A stretch of 64,000 nt of DNA from Nitrososphaerales archaeon. Lineage in GTDB: Archaea > Thermoproteota > Nitrososphaeria > Nitrososphaerales > UBA213. Positions 1-16,594 of the stretch are shown here, in pieces. Positions within the stretch are counted from its first letter, which is position 1. The number at the start of each line of letters is the position of its first letter. Under the pieces are notes generated by a model. The model had not been told where the DNA came from, searched no databases, and was given only the letters and a program-made list of their open reading frames with translations. Both the position numbers and the translations under genes were made by a program. The stretch is taken from the NCBI GenBank assembly GCA_965197925.1, contig CBDAOC010000020.1, forward strand, positions 672,001 through 736,000, written 5' to 3'.

Positions 1-581
1 CTTCTTCCACTTATTGTCAAGTTTCTGATCAAGTGCTTTGCCCCGAATAATAATGAATCAAAATCTTGACTGGCAGCCGCATACGCTTTTCCATTGATTG
101 TCAAATTAGCTGCTGTAGCTTCCCCCTCAGAAGGAGCGTCTATAAATAATATCCCTAATGAATCTAGTAACCTTTTCGCATCATCGATCATGTAATCCTG
201 TATAACGGAAGTAAATTGAGCATACTTCCTGGCCTCTTCCAGCTTTCCCAGTTGCAAGGCTTTCACGTACTTTACGGTAGCTTCGCGTTTTACCTGCCTT
301 CTTCTTTCTATTTCAGCATACTTAAGTGACGGCGGTTTACCATCGAAAACATAAAGTGGAACCATACCCATTGATAAAAGGTTAACATTACGATAGAACA
401 ATCCACTCAAATGACTTGTAACCTTACCTGAACCGTCTGTAAGATGCTCGCCTTGATATCCCCTAATTATTGCAAGGAATTGATAGATCGCGTTGTAGGC
501 ATCTATGGCTATAACCTTGTTCGCTAACTCTTCAAGTTTTATATGAACAGGTTCCAAAAGTGGCTTTATATCTAAACCCAT
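1..581 (-). CDS. fen: Flap endonuclease 1 (5' part; runs off the window)
   Basis: Own translation from ATG at 581: MGLDIKPLL...[18 protein letters not shown]...[10 protein letters not shown]...VFDGKPP...APSEGEA...[11 protein letters not shown], which are FEN-1 motifs. Confidence 0.95.
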   Translation of the reverse strand, partial: MGLDIKPLLEPVHIKLEELANKVIAIDAYNAIYQFLAIIRGYQGEHLTDGSGKVTSHLSGLFYRNVNLLSMGMVPLYVFDGKPPSLKYAEIERRRQVKREATVKYVKALQLGKLEEARKYAQFTSVIQDYMIDDAKRLLDSLGILFIDAPSEGEATAANLTINGKAYAAASQDFDSLLFGAKHLIRNLTISGR

Positions 582-900
582 AATTGTAACTCAGTATTAA
601 CAAAGATTTACATCTTTCGTAATACTAATGAAAATTTTACATTGAATCAAAAGAAAATTAATAAGCTTTATCACTGTTAATTTTTTCAAAATGTATAGAT
701 CTTTTCCTTTAGTATAATGTCTAATTCAAGTCCAGATGTACATTTTCTTGACTTTGCAGATTCTTGCGATAATTCAATACCTCTGATTTTTCCTTGGTGT
801 TGGAATCAGGGAACAAATTAACCACACATAAGTAAACTTGATTAAGATTAAACCTAAGATAATTCTCTTTCAGTGACATCCCGATATTGTTTATGGATGT

Positions 901-2238
901 TTAACCCCCTCCTCTTATTTCTCTCGCGAGTTCTTCAGAAGCATTTATCAAGTGTTTAATGTCTTCGTTGTTATGCTCTACTGAGATCGCTCCCAATTTA
1001 TGTGGTAGGAAGAAAATGCCATATTTTGCAATAAGTGCTAAATGATATGCTTTCTGTAGTTTAATATCACATCTGGATGCAGAAATAGAATCTTTGATTT
1101 CATCTATTTCATCAGTTAAGAAGTGTGTAAGAAATAGTGAGCCCATGCCCGTGGTTTTTACTCTCACACCGTTTTCGTTCATGACTTTATCAATGTTCTT
1201 CCTAGCATATTCTCCTTCTTCATCTATCCTTTCATAAATTACTTTTTCATTTTCTATAAGGTGAACCAATGTTGCAAGTCCAGCCGTTATACTTAGAGGG
1301 TTGGCAGAAAATGTCCCTCCTCCAATACTGCATCTCCCAGCCTTTGTCTTCCCAATAGGATTGGAAAATTCCATCACTTCCTCCTTACCGCATAAAACTC
1401 CTATTGGCATTCCTCCACCGACTATCTTGCCTAGAGTAAAGAGATCTGGATCAAGTGAAAATAAATGCTGCGCTCCCCTTAGCGAAAGCCTAAACCCCGT
1501 CACAATTTCATCTAAAATAAATAAAGCATTATGTTTTCTTACGTACTCCTGCAGGCCTTGTAAATAATCTTTATCGGGTGGAATACAGCCAGCTCCGCCA
1601 AGCAATGGTTCTATTATTACACAAGCAAGATCATCTTTAGTACTGTCAAGAATTTTGACTGATTCTTCCAGGTTGTTGAATGGGAGCGAAACAACATGTT
1701 TTTGTTCTTCTGCGAGCAAACCCATGCCCTCTTCTTCATGAAATGGAAAATTGACAGATTTTAATAGGGAAGTATTGAATCCGTGCCAACCACCTTCTAT
1801 CTTGGCAATAACCCTTTTACCTGTAAATGCTCTCGCAAGCCTTACCGCGTGCATAGTAGCTTCAGAACCGGTGCTAGTAAATCGCATCAGTTCTGCTCGA
1901 GGTATCAATTTGTTGATAACATCGGCGAATTGGACGCTGATTTCATTAACAGTTCCAAAGATCGTGCCTTCAGGTACTTTCTGCTTTAGCGCGTCAACAA
2001 CTACTGGTGAAGAGTGTCCAAGGATCAGGCTCCAGTGCCCCATCCAGTAATCAGTGTACTGATTACCGTCTACATCATGCAAATACTTACCCTGTGCTTT
2101 TTGCGTAAAGAATGGATAGGGCTCGAAGAATCTTATGTTGTGATTAATACCTCCTGGAAATCTGTTCTTAGAGCGATCATATAGTGATCTTGACTTCATA
2201 GTCTTTGTTTCGTACATTTTTATGAAACGATGAAGCAT
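901..2238 (-). CDS. hemL: Glutamate-1-semialdehyde 2,1-aminomutase (class III aminotransferase)
   Basis: DVDGNQYTDY, RFTSTGSEAT, FILDEIVTGFR, TLGKIVGGGMP and GGTFSANP motifs. Confidence 0.85.
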   Translation of the reverse strand: MLHRFIKMYETKTMKSRSLYDRSKNRFPGGINHNIRFFEPYPFFTQKAQGKYLHDVDGNQYTDYWMGHWSLILGHSSPVVVDALKQKVPEGTIFGTVNEISVQFADVINKLIPRAELMRFTSTGSEATMHAVRLARAFTGKRVIAKIEGGWHGFNTSLLKSVNFPFHEEEGMGLLAEEQKHVVSLPFNNLEESVKILDSTKDDLACVIIEPLLGGAGCIPPDKDYLQGLQEYVRKHNALFILDEIVTGFRLSLRGAQHLFSLDPDLFTLGKIVGGGMPIGVLCGKEEVMEFSNPIGKTKAGRCSIGGGTFSANPLSITAGLATLVHLIENEKVIYERIDEEGEYARKNIDKVMNENGVRVKTTGMGSLFLTHFLTDEIDEIKDSISASRCDIKLQKAYHLALIAKYGIFFLPHKLGAISVEHNNEDIKHLINASEELAREIRGGG

Positions 2239-2831
2239 TAGTTAAATGATTTTTTATACATAATATGAGTTTACACAATCTCCTGTTCAACCCATTCGAT
2301 TAATTCGTTCTTTACCTTCTACAGCTACTGATGGATACCAAGAAAAATATCAGTTCAATCATGCCTTAATATTCAGAACTCTATCATGTTGAAGAGCGTG
2401 AGCTTATTAGTGATCTGACGGTGCAATAGAACGCAAATCTTTTCATAAGTTTACATCTAGTGCAAAATAGACTATTTTTTATCTACTCCTCTTCATCTTC
2501 ATGATATTCGCATCAATCACGTGTCTGTTATCAGATATTGTTTTCGTGTATCTAATATGAAAATATTTGTCGTGTACTGTCTTAAGCAAAAATAGAACCC
2601 TGCAGGCTTTTATTTTTGATAGAACAATTTTACTACGTTCCTTAAGATTTAGTAATTCATATATATCATTTTTTAATAAAGTGTACTATGAATCTTAGCG
2701 AAGATGGATATGAACACAAAGGTCAAGTTCAAAAACACACTGCTCTCTGGTTGATTGTAACTGTATTGATTTTGTGTATAACCGTACCTGCACTTCTTCT
2801 CGCGCTTACAATTCATTGATGATCTTATTAC

Positions 2832-2846
2832 AGAAGGTTTATATTC
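2832..2846 (+). promoter_or_regulatory. Putative BRE/TATA promoter of the rRNA operon
   Basis: agaaggTTTATAttc about 200 nt upstream of 16S, followed by a leader hairpin (ttagcgtaac...gttgcgctaa). Confidence 0.45.
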
Positions 2847-3037
2847 ACTGAGAGAGGGAAGATGAGTTTAGCGTAACAGTTTGGCGGCGTCTGTAATTAG
2901 TAATGGGTATGGTATCCATTCGATGCGTTCCAGACCTCCAGTTGCGCTAACAATATGGAGATTCAATGGAGAATTGAATCTGACGATGGTCACATATTCA
3001 CACTAAGCCCGGCCGTACTCTCTTTAATTGTACTGTG

Positions 3038-4504
<1,467 letters not shown>

Positions 4505-4652
4505 TAGTTTAGTACTGCCGGGCATGTAAAGAACATGTGATCATATATGTAAGATGCAAGTCTACATGAAAATGTAGGCTGAAGGACGAAGTGGATAGTG
4601 GCTACTATTCATGATTATCGCCGTGTATAACCGCGTAAGTTCCAGGGTTACT

Positions 4653-7698
<3,046 letters not shown>

Positions 7699-8288
7699 TT
7701 GATAACCCTGGAGCGCAATGGTTATACGCGGCGAACAATTTTATTTAATTGGTTCCTAATGTAAATTGAGTTTCTATTCAGGTAAATGTTTTATAATCAA
7801 ATATTGTGCAACCATCATCATGTTATAAAGAAGTATACATTAAACATTTTTTTTATGCTTAGTATATCATATGTATGATTAGGGAATCGGTTGATTTTTG
7901 GCACATCGTCAGAATATGGCAGGGATAACATAGTTCAATACGGTGTAGAATTTGTCATATTGCTTATCTTTGAAAGAAGTATAGGCCTCGTTGGTTAGTT
8001 CGAAATTACAGAAATTTATTAAAGAATATTTTCAAATCTGAACTTCATATTAATACGCCCAGAATGCGGAATATTCTTTATCTTCTTTGCATTGGTAAAA
8101 CCATAATATTTTACTATTAAACTCATCTGTGAAAGATCAAATTACAATGAATTCCTCAGATCATTAATATCCTATTAATTCTCCTTATGGAAATTTTAGG
8201 AGTTCTGGGTTCACTTTCGAGTTTTCATATGTCACTAATGTAACATCGCTAGGCGTTTGTAAAGATTTCAATTTAAATATCGACATTT

Positions 8289-8657
8289 TTACAGGTATTT
8301 TACAGGTATATCTCCTTCATTACGCTTTTCCATCACAATTTTTGCTTTTTCCCTGGCGTTTATATATTCATTGTATAAACCTTCAAGGACACATAAATAC
8401 GCGTCGTAATTCTTTGTTACGGTATTGTTATTGTACAAATAATTATCACGTAAATTTTCTAAACCATTCATTATTAGAGTCAAAATTCCTTTTATGGATT
8501 GTTCTGTTTCATTATTTCCCATGGTATCGTGGATAATTTGGACAAGGGTATCGATCTTCTCATTTAGTGGAAGCACTACCGTCTCCCAGTTTGTAGCGTT
8601 TTCTTTGAGCTTACAGATAATATTTTCAAGTACAAATTCTTTTGGTGTTTGATCCAC
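8289..8657 (-). CDS. Hypothetical helical protein
   Basis: 122-aa ORF with protein-like composition and no recognised motif. Confidence 0.55.
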   Translation of the reverse strand: MDQTPKEFVLENIICKLKENATNWETVVLPLNEKIDTLVQIIHDTMGNNETEQSIKGILTLIMNGLENLRDNYLYNNNTVTKNYDAYLCVLEGLYNEYINAREKAKIVMEKRNEGDIPVKYL

Positions 8658-9280
8658 ATCTAGCTAATCTCAATAGGGAATAAAAAAATTGATGTGTAAT
8701 CAAATAATACATCCATGAGATGATTTCCAATTGTTATATTTAGGCTTATAAATGGATTCAAGATTCTTTACGATTACTATATCGATACATAATCAAAGTA
8801 ATTATTTGTATCCCTTGCAGTAATGAATTACTTATGGTATTAAAAAAATTCCTCTTCCTACGCCCACTACTGACAAACATAATCAAAGTCTTCCCCAAGA
8901 GACGAGTAGTTTATCTGCTAGATGTTATATCATGTATACCATTTTCACTGTCCTATGGGAAAATTACTATGTGCTGGACAAACAGAAAGGTCTCTATAGA
9001 CCAAGGATTATAATAACCTCCAAGATTGAAAGGATCACCTCCATATTTTCAAGATTCCCCCTCAGTTTTTGAGATCAATATTTGAGAAACAGTTCAAGAT
9101 TCCTTAAAAAAATATAATTGAACTGAACCGCTAGTCTCTTGAATTAATAAGCTTAAGTTACCCAGATATTTTTACTAATATTGTTAAGATTTTCACATAC
9201 ATTGATATGGCGCTTCTTTTGTATCTAAACTCTGGTTTTTTGCTTCGAACATTAAAATTGTGTTACAGTTCAAAAACATT

Positions 9281-9772
9281 ATGAAGCTATTTTTGTACAT
9301 GTTAAAACAAGATGACCCCAAAAAATGTACAGCAGCTAAACTAGTTAAATTTAAGATAGCAAAAGTAGTACATAGAATATCTCGGAAATCATTAGTGTTG
9401 AACCCATATTCTAGTCTCACTTTGTGTAGGAGAGATAATATATTGAATGATTCAATTACAGCAGTTGATTGTTCATGGAAAATGATTATCAACACATTCA
9501 AGAAAGACTTTCCTGGACTAAACAGGAGGCTTCCATTATTGCTAGCTGGAAATCCAATTAATTACAGTAAATTGGGAAAGCTTAGTAGTGCTGAAGCATT
9601 AGCAGGAGCGTTAAGTATTTTGGGATTTAGCGATCTTGCATTTGAGATAATGAACAAATTCAAATGGGGACATACTTTTCTGGACCTGAATGAAGAGTTA
9701 TTAAAAGATTATTCTAATGCCCAAGATCAAGAGGGAATCCGATGTATAGAAAACGAATACTTCAAATATTAA
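9281..9772 (+). CDS. tsr3: 16S rRNA aminocarboxypropyltransferase (DUF367/Tsr3)
   Basis: QDDPKKCTAAKL, DCSW, RRLPLLLAGNPINY, LSSAEALA and FKWGHTFLDLN; ATG at 9281 preferred. Confidence 0.92.
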   Translation: MKLFLYMLKQDDPKKCTAAKLVKFKIAKVVHRISRKSLVLNPYSSLTLCRRDNILNDSITAVDCSWKMIINTFKKDFPGLNRRLPLLLAGNPINYSKLGKLSSAEALAGALSILGFSDLAFEIMNKFKWGHTFLDLNEELLKDYSNAQDQEGIRCIENEYFKY

Positions 9773-9785
9773 TTATTGTAAAATA

Positions 9786-10070
9786 ATGTGCGAGCTAGTG
9801 CGTGGGTGACTGCGGAAGCAGAGGAAACTCCTCCCTCCAAGCAAAGATGCGACCCAGCGATGGGTAACTAGAGATAGTTGGCCACGGAACAGAAAAGAGA
9901 TCCGAGTTAGGGCACCATGATGGCGAAACCTGAGATTCCTAGCAAGGAATGAAACTGCCGACCCGCATGGAGCAAGGCCAAACAGAACCAATGAGTTTGC
10001 TCAAGGTTCAGGTAGGCCGCTTAGCGAAATCCCACATAAAACAAAAGGAGGGTTACGGCTAGCACGCATA
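9786..10070 (+). ncRNA. rnpB: Archaeal RNase P RNA
   Basis: P4 halves gaggaaactcctcc and aaacaaaaggagggttac; terminal helix atgtgcgagctagt/ggctagcacgcat; GC-rich island between genes. Confidence 0.92.
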
Positions 10071-10142
10071 TTTAATTCAAATCATATTAAAATTGTTAAA
10101 CTTCAAGAGAAGTCTTATAGGTATCCTTTTGGAATTCTTTTT

Positions 10143-11021
10143 ATGTTTTCTTACAATGAACCGGTGTACAGACCACCTTCTGAAGCAAATTCGTTAATTT
10201 TTCAAGTTACTATTGGGTGTTCCTTCAACAAATGTTCTTTTTGTGATATGTATAGAAACAAGGAATATTTGGAGCGAAGTTGGAAAGATATCAAAGAAGA
10301 GATCGACCTTGCTGCAGGACATCTACCAGAGGCAAAGCGTATTTTTATTGCTGATGGAGATGCTTTAAACCTTTCAACTGAGCGGTTGAAACCGATTCTA
10401 GAATATCTTTACAAGTCATTTCCTCTGCTAGAAAGAGTTTCATGCTATGCCATGCCAAAGAACTTATGGGAAAAATCTGATAAGGAATTAGAGATCTTGC
10501 GTAAGTCCGGACTAACAATGTTTTATTTGGGAATTGAATCAGGCTCAAATACCATCTTAAAGAAAGTGACTAAAGGTGCTACTGCTCGAGGCATAATCGA
10601 TGCATGTCTTAAAGCAAAGAGAAACAACTTCATACTTTCTTGCATGATAATACTTGGACTTGGTGGACGAACCTATACTGAAGAACATATTAGAGAAACT
10701 GCTAATGTAGTAAACGAAATATACCCAGATTATTTGGGCGCGCTTTCATTGTATCTTGAAACTGGAGTGAAGCAGGAGTTTCTAACCAAATTCAAAGAAA
10801 CATTTCACCCTCTAGATGATGATGAGTTGTTGGACGAGGTAGAGCATTTGGTAGAACAAATAAACTCTCCAAAGCCGATTGTATTTAGGGCGAACCATGC
10901 TTCAAATGCCTACTTATTGGGTGGAATTTTGCCTCAAGAAAAACAGAAGATCTTGTATGAAATTTCGGTTCTGAAAGGTAATCCTGAGCTTGCCAGACCC
11001 AAAGAAGTGCGAAGATTTTAG
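10143..11021 (+). CDS. Radical SAM protein of unknown function
   Basis: YRPPSEA start, CSFNKCSFC cluster motif, FRANHASN. Confidence 0.85.
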   Translation: MFSYNEPVYRPPSEANSLIFQVTIGCSFNKCSFCDMYRNKEYLERSWKDIKEEIDLAAGHLPEAKRIFIADGDALNLSTERLKPILEYLYKSFPLLERVSCYAMPKNLWEKSDKELEILRKSGLTMFYLGIESGSNTILKKVTKGATARGIIDACLKAKRNNFILSCMIILGLGGRTYTEEHIRETANVVNEIYPDYLGALSLYLETGVKQEFLTKFKETFHPLDDDELLDEVEHLVEQINSPKPIVFRANHASNAYLLGGILPQEKQKILYEISVLKGNPELARPKEVRRF

Positions 11022-11038
11022 AATAGGAAAAGCTCAAT

Positions 11039-12100
11039 TTATTTTTTGTTGGCTCGCCATAACACAAATCCTGCAACTGCAGCCATCATACCACCCAAGA
11101 CTGCTAGAACCACAATTGGAAATCCTCCCGTGTATGATTTGCCTGAACCTTCTGGCACATAGTCAAAAACCAATGCACCTTCATCGCTTCCCTGTATGCT
11201 TTCAGTAGCATATCCTGTTATCTGTATAGATGCAGAACTTGGGGGTGTTGTACTTCGGATAGTGTACTGAACGCCATCTATTGTAACATCTAATTTTGAA
11301 ATCTTTTCTCTATGTATCCCTTCACGTATACTGCCTTCACCTAAAGCAAAGAAAGTTATTAGATTTGCGCCTCCCTCCTCAGAAAAGCCATACTGCTCTG
11401 ATTCCCTTATACTCCCTGAAGGATCGAAGAGCCAGTGCCATCTGTCAAGCGAAAGATCCGTGAACTCTCTAAAATCTATTAAGGGCTGGCTCATCACTTT
11501 CATAGCTTCACTATCTTCCATTACCTTCATCACTTCAGGGTGTTTATTATAATAGTAACCAGATGGAAAATTGATTTCGACATCACCATAATTCTTTGTC
11601 TTCAACACTATCGGTTCATCAACATACAACCCTCTCCAATTGAGATCTACTAAGGCACCTTCAGACGATGTGAATCCAGGATTAAGGACAAATCGTGTTA
11701 TCTTAAGCTCCATCTTCAAATTATGCTCCAATACCGCTCTAGTTTCATCAGGCTTTAATTCAGCTTTATATTCAATAATAACATCTTCCACTTTTACAGG
11801 TGACCTCCTCTCTTTAATCAGATTATTATTTATCTTGTCTATTAATTCTTGTACCCCTGGTGTTTCTTTGTCAGCTATGAATTCTATTTTGTCGTTAGCA
11901 TTTTGAAGCAAAGATTGCAGGTTTCCACCATTGGAATACTCTACGTAAACAACGTTTATTGCCTTGAAGAAAGCATCAGCCCTATCATTTTTTGGTATAA
12001 GTAATATGTCCAATTGTACCGCAAAAGCTGGAACCATAGGACTTATTATAAGAATAGATGCCAAAACTACCATCAATAACGGTCCAGCTTCAAGCTGCAC
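11039..12100 (-). CDS. Exported protein with a C-terminal membrane anchor
   Basis: N-terminal signal peptide; C-terminal hydrophobic helix followed by a basic tail (WRANKK). Confidence 0.8.
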   Translation of the reverse strand: MQLEAGPLLMVVLASILIISPMVPAFAVQLDILLIPKNDRADAFFKAINVVYVEYSNGGNLQSLLQNANDKIEFIADKETPGVQELIDKINNNLIKERRSPVKVEDVIIEYKAELKPDETRAVLEHNLKMELKITRFVLNPGFTSSEGALVDLNWRGLYVDEPIVLKTKNYGDVEINFPSGYYYNKHPEVMKVMEDSEAMKVMSQPLIDFREFTDLSLDRWHWLFDPSGSIRESEQYGFSEEGGANLITFFALGEGSIREGIHREKISKLDVTIDGVQYTIRSTTPPSSASIQITGYATESIQGSDEGALVFDYVPEGSGKSYTGGFPIVVLAVLGGMMAAVAGFVLWRANKK

Positions 12101-12221
12101 AAAGAAAAATCTTTGATTCCTTTTTATAAACCTTTAGAGAATTTCGGAGCCTTTTACATTGTCGAGAAAAAAAGTAAGAATTGACAGAAAACTTTATTGA
12201 GATAATTTATGGTTTGAAATA

Positions 12222-13157
12222 TTGGTATTGTTAACAATAATCGCAGGAGGTACTGGTTCTGCTAAACTAATTCGAGGCTTGAGAGCTGTAACAAAAGATT
12301 TTTCCGTAATATGTAATGTAGGCGATAACATTTGGATTCATGGTTTGTATGCGTGCCCTGATATAGATACTATAGTATATGCATTAGCAAATGTACTGGA
12401 TTCAGACAGAGGGTGGGGTATTAATCAAGACTCGTTTGAATTCAACACACAGCTAAAAACTTTAGGTGAAGAATCATGGTTTAAAATAGGTGATAAGGAT
12501 CTTGCAACACATTTGCTTAGAACCAAAATGATTAGAGATGGTAGGGGTTTACTCGAAATAACACAATACATATGCGATAGGTTCGGTGTCACCATAAGAA
12601 TCATACCAGTCACTGAGAATCATGTAGAAACCAGAATTACTACTGACGAGGGAGAAATGCATTTGCAGGAGTTCTGGGTTAAAAAACATGGTAACGGGAA
12701 CGTGAAAGGTGTTACTTATTATGGTGCTAAGAGATCAAAGCCAACTTTACAAGCACTTGATGCTATAAAATTATCGGATATGATCATATTTGCACCAGCA
12801 AACCCTATCAGCAGCATAACACCCATACTTGAAATTAATGGAATAAAAGATATGCTAAAAAAGGTGAAGAATAAATGTGTAGCAATAAGTCCCATCATCG
12901 GAACGAAACCTGTTAGCGGACCAGCTGCAAAGTATATGGAATCGGTAGGCGTGGAAGTATCTCCATATGGAATTGCAAGATTTTATTCTGATGTTATATC
13001 AAGATTTGTGATTCACAAATCAGATGGAAAATATATTGACGCGATCCAGGATCTGGGTATGAGGGTGTTTGATACCGACATAATCATGAATAATCGAAAT
13101 GATGAGAGCAGACTTGCTTCTTACATACTTGGACTGCAAAAAAGTGTATTATATTGA
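12222..13157 (+). CDS. cofD: 2-phospho-L-lactate transferase (F420 biosynthesis)
   Basis: GGTGSAKL, CPDIDT, WFKIGDKDLATH, MHLQEFWV, SGPAAKYM. Confidence 0.95.
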   Translation: MVLLTIIAGGTGSAKLIRGLRAVTKDFSVICNVGDNIWIHGLYACPDIDTIVYALANVLDSDRGWGINQDSFEFNTQLKTLGEESWFKIGDKDLATHLLRTKMIRDGRGLLEITQYICDRFGVTIRIIPVTENHVETRITTDEGEMHLQEFWVKKHGNGNVKGVTYYGAKRSKPTLQALDAIKLSDMIIFAPANPISSITPILEINGIKDMLKKVKNKCVAISPIIGTKPVSGPAAKYMESVGVEVSPYGIARFYSDVISRFVIHKSDGKYIDAIQDLGMRVFDTDIIMNNRNDESRLASYILGLQKSVLY

Positions 13158-13795
13158 ATGTGTTTGCAATAGTGCCTGTAAAAATGCTCGAAAGTAGTAA
13201 GCAAAGACTTTCTTACATTCTAACATCAGGAGAACGTGCAAGGCTGAGTGAAGCGATGTTAATAGATGTTTTAGGTGCATTATGTAATTCTATTGTAAGC
13301 AAGGTGATGGTTGTTAGTAATGATATTAGGGTAATGAAGATAGCGGAGGATTTTGGTGCTTTAATTGTCAAGGAAGAAGAACAACTGGGTGTTAACTCTG
13401 CTATTGCTCTAACAAACAACTTATGCAAGGGCTGTGATGCATGTATTGTTATTCCTCACGATCTTCCCTTTGTACTACCATCAGATATAGACATGATATG
13501 CACTTCTGCAATGGATAAAAGGAGTATTGTGATCACACCATCTCAAAGATTTGATGGAACTAATGCATTACTAAGGAGACCCTCTGATGTAATCGAAACA
13601 CATTACGACGAAGATAGTTATAAACTACATTTAAACAAAGCAAGGGAGAAACATATTTCAGTTAAGATCATTCTAAATAAGAGGTTGATGGTAGATATAG
13701 ATGAACCTGGCGATGTTACACAGATTATGGAAAGTAATCAGGTAACTAAGACCAAGTCTTATCTATTAGAAATCAGATACAACCCTAAGCCATAA
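13154..13795 (+). CDS. cofC: 2-phospho-L-lactate guanylyltransferase
   Basis: AIVPVK..SKQRLS, DLP, GTNAL and DIDEPGD motifs; overlaps the cofD stop. Confidence 0.92.
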   Translation: MNVFAIVPVKMLESSKQRLSYILTSGERARLSEAMLIDVLGALCNSIVSKVMVVSNDIRVMKIAEDFGALIVKEEEQLGVNSAIALTNNLCKGCDACIVIPHDLPFVLPSDIDMICTSAMDKRSIVITPSQRFDGTNALLRRPSDVIETHYDEDSYKLHLNKAREKHISVKIILNKRLMVDIDEPGDVTQIMESNQVTKTKSYLLEIRYNPKP

Positions 13796-13896
13796 CGATA
13801 AATGGAATATTTCTTGAAGAATTGCTAGTAAGTTTTTTAATTAATAATTTATCATGGGCCCTCTCTTATCAACAGTTATGAACTTGTCAAATAATT

Positions 13897-14990
13897 GAGG
13901 CTTGGGCGTAATTTAGTTCGAAACGATAAGATCAGGTTCCAGTTCATATTGGTAATGTGTTTAGCTCAGACTCCATACTTCTTCGTATATTATTTTTGAT
14001 TGACGTGATTCCTTAGTCAAAACCTAATAAGAAAAGGGGTAAACCCTACTACTATTCTCCTACAGTTATGGTGAGATGCTTCATCGTTAGAGTATGGATA
14101 AGAATACCAAGCAACAATGTGTTACATCAATACTTTTCGATAGACATGCCATACAACAGGAAGGTAATGAAGGCATGTGGTCTTGATAGGTTTCCAGATA
14201 AAAGAACATTCGACAGAAGGTCAAGGCCATATCAATTGACATAAGATCAAGGATAGGTGCTATGGGTATGCTCTTCATAAAAGATGGGTGGTAGACTCAT
14301 TCATAGTATCCGTTGACAGTTCCTTGTTGAAGGCAAAGGGACATGTATGGCACAAATCTAGCATGAAGAAGAATGAAGTGCCACGCTCCGGTATAGATAC
14401 AGATGCTCGATGGGGCTACAGCAGAACCAAGGGATGGGTATTCGGATACAAGATGCATCTAGCATGTAGCACAGGTTCATTGATAGTTCCATTATCAGCT
14501 GATTTCACAACAGCTAACATTACTGATAACAAGATGTATGAAAGCATAACATCTTCATTGCCTACAGGAATGGTAAGGTATGTTGTAGGAGATGAAGGAT
14601 ATGATGATCACAAGTTATGTGATTTCAGCAGGTATAGAGGGCATCCAGTATTCCCATTGGAAAGGTACAAGCATACTACAGATAATAATAGACTGGCATT
14701 GCTGCAGTTCTATAACTCTGAATATGGGCAGCATGTATATTCTCGGAGGAGCATAAGCGTTGACCCATTGATAGAGCATATGAAGGATGTATTTACCATA
14801 GATCCATTGCCAGTTAGAGGATTTGATAAGGTAAGGAGTATAGTGTTGTTATCAGTATTGTTGTATCAGGTAATGGTTTACTACAATCATCTAACAGGAA
14901 GACCATTAAGGGCATTGAAGCACATGTTGGGAAGTTAATCAATCAGAGGCATCAAGTTATTTTTGTTATATGGAATAATGCTCATGCCTC
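13897..14990 (+). mobile_element. IS family A copy 1 (DDE transposase, defective)
   Basis: Imperfect TIRs gaggcttgggcgtaatt / aataatgctcatgcctc; DSS...WGY..KGWVFGYKMHL...GDEGYD transposase; premature TAG and frameshifts. Confidence 0.92.
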
Positions 14991-15167
14991 AGATATCTGA
15001 TGTGTTTCATGACCCTGACCAGGGTCTTGTGTAGATTTCACTGTTTTGGTGAAGACCACTCTCTCAAGATGTTTAGCTTCAGCTAAATTATCAATTGATA
15101 GAGGGGCAATAATCATACCGACTATTAGTAAGCCCACAGCGATTCCACTTATTACCACCTTGTTCAT
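14991..15167 (-). pseudogene. N-terminal fragment of a secreted protein truncated by the IS
   Basis: Signal peptide plus ...STQDPGQGHETHQI runs directly into the IS end; no continuation on the far side of the IS. Confidence 0.7.
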
Positions 15168-15236
15168 TGATCCATTATTCTGTTGATTTCAATTATTTAT
15201 CTTTTGGTAGTGGAAACTCTAGTGCCTAAATTACTA

Positions 15237-16326
15237 AATCCTCAAAAACCACTTTTCCTCTGGAATATTTGGTTTAGGTTCATCATAATTAACATGGTCT
15301 AGTCTACCATCGATATACATCATCAGTTCTCTTGTCTTTATCTCTATAATACTGGACCATTGATACTTTTTGTTCTTCTATCGATCGCCCTTCTGACTTG
15401 TTTGTCAAGAATATTCTTACAAAATTGGAACCGCTAAAAATAATTTTCTTAACTCATTTATGACTCTGAGCATCTTAATAGATACAAGTATATAGAAACC
15501 ATAAACACGCAGACTCGTCGGGCATTGAATACTATTAGACATCGTGTCCATCTTCAGCTCCCTAACAATTAATTTTTCTTCTTTTGCCTGGTTCCTGAAG
15601 CAATCCTTAGTATTCTTTACCCCTTCATTTGTGAAATCAAGAATCAACAAACAGATATTGTTATCATAAGAGAAACAGTACTATGACCCTCCTTCCCGGC
15701 ATTAACAAAGAACTGGTTATGACCCTTGGAGAGTGGTTCCGTCTCATAAACGTAATTGCCTTTACCATAAGCAGCAACCATGACCGATTTACTGTTAAAA
15801 TTGGTATGCAGAACATCTGGTTGGATAGGATTTTGTAATGAAGTTATGGTAAAGATTATCTCTGCAATTTCGCCTTGATCATAATTGCGTTTAAGATATT
15901 GCAATTTTATCTCAATTGGCAATGGAATAATCATGATGGTATGCTCCCTGCTTACCGAGGCAGTATAATTGCTAGAACCATCGTACTTCATTATCAGGTG
16001 CATGGTTGAGTCTCTTGGATCATACTGTGATGTCTCCCATTTTGCGGTGAAGAATCAGTACTTCCTAGTTTTTGAAGATACTAGTAGATCCTGCCATGAC
16101 GGTTTGTTATCTATAATCTTGATCTCTTCTTTTGCTATACCTTCGCCAGAACCTGCCTCGACCAGAGCCTCCCTGTGACCATAAGTTCATCTCCAATGTG
16201 TGCCACTGTAGCGACACGGTTCAATTTTATAGCAGTTACTTTGGTGGTTACAACTCCAAATGAATTTACACCGGGGAGCAATAGCAAAACTGAAAGTATC
16301 AGTGTTATAAACAAAATCCTTTCCAT
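15237..16326 (-). pseudogene. Fragmented gene for a secreted protein
   Basis: Successive same-strand fragments 16135-16326 (signal peptide), 15644-16003 and 15417-15650 separated by frameshifts or stops. Confidence 0.5.
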
Positions 16327-16594
16327 AATAATAGATATTTTGTTTTATGATTAATAAATCCTTAGCATATTTTTCAATTGTAATTATCAGCTATGAAAAA
16401 TAAGAAAACTGCCTATTGTTGTTACGACATCATAAATCAAAAGATATCATAATTTTGTCAACAACAGATATGTAGCCTAATGAGTTGAGGATAATTTTTC
16501 GAATATCTTACATAGACAATCATCTCTCTGATTTTCTGAATTGCGATGTATCCTGCTTACGAAATAACTATGGTGAATTTTTGTCTCCGAAAGG

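Noticed and set aside
7900..8260. Possible degraded minus-strand ORF
   Set aside because: Several in-frame stops and no recognisable motif
9773..9991. 72-aa minus-strand ORF
   Set aside because: Antisense to RNase P RNA
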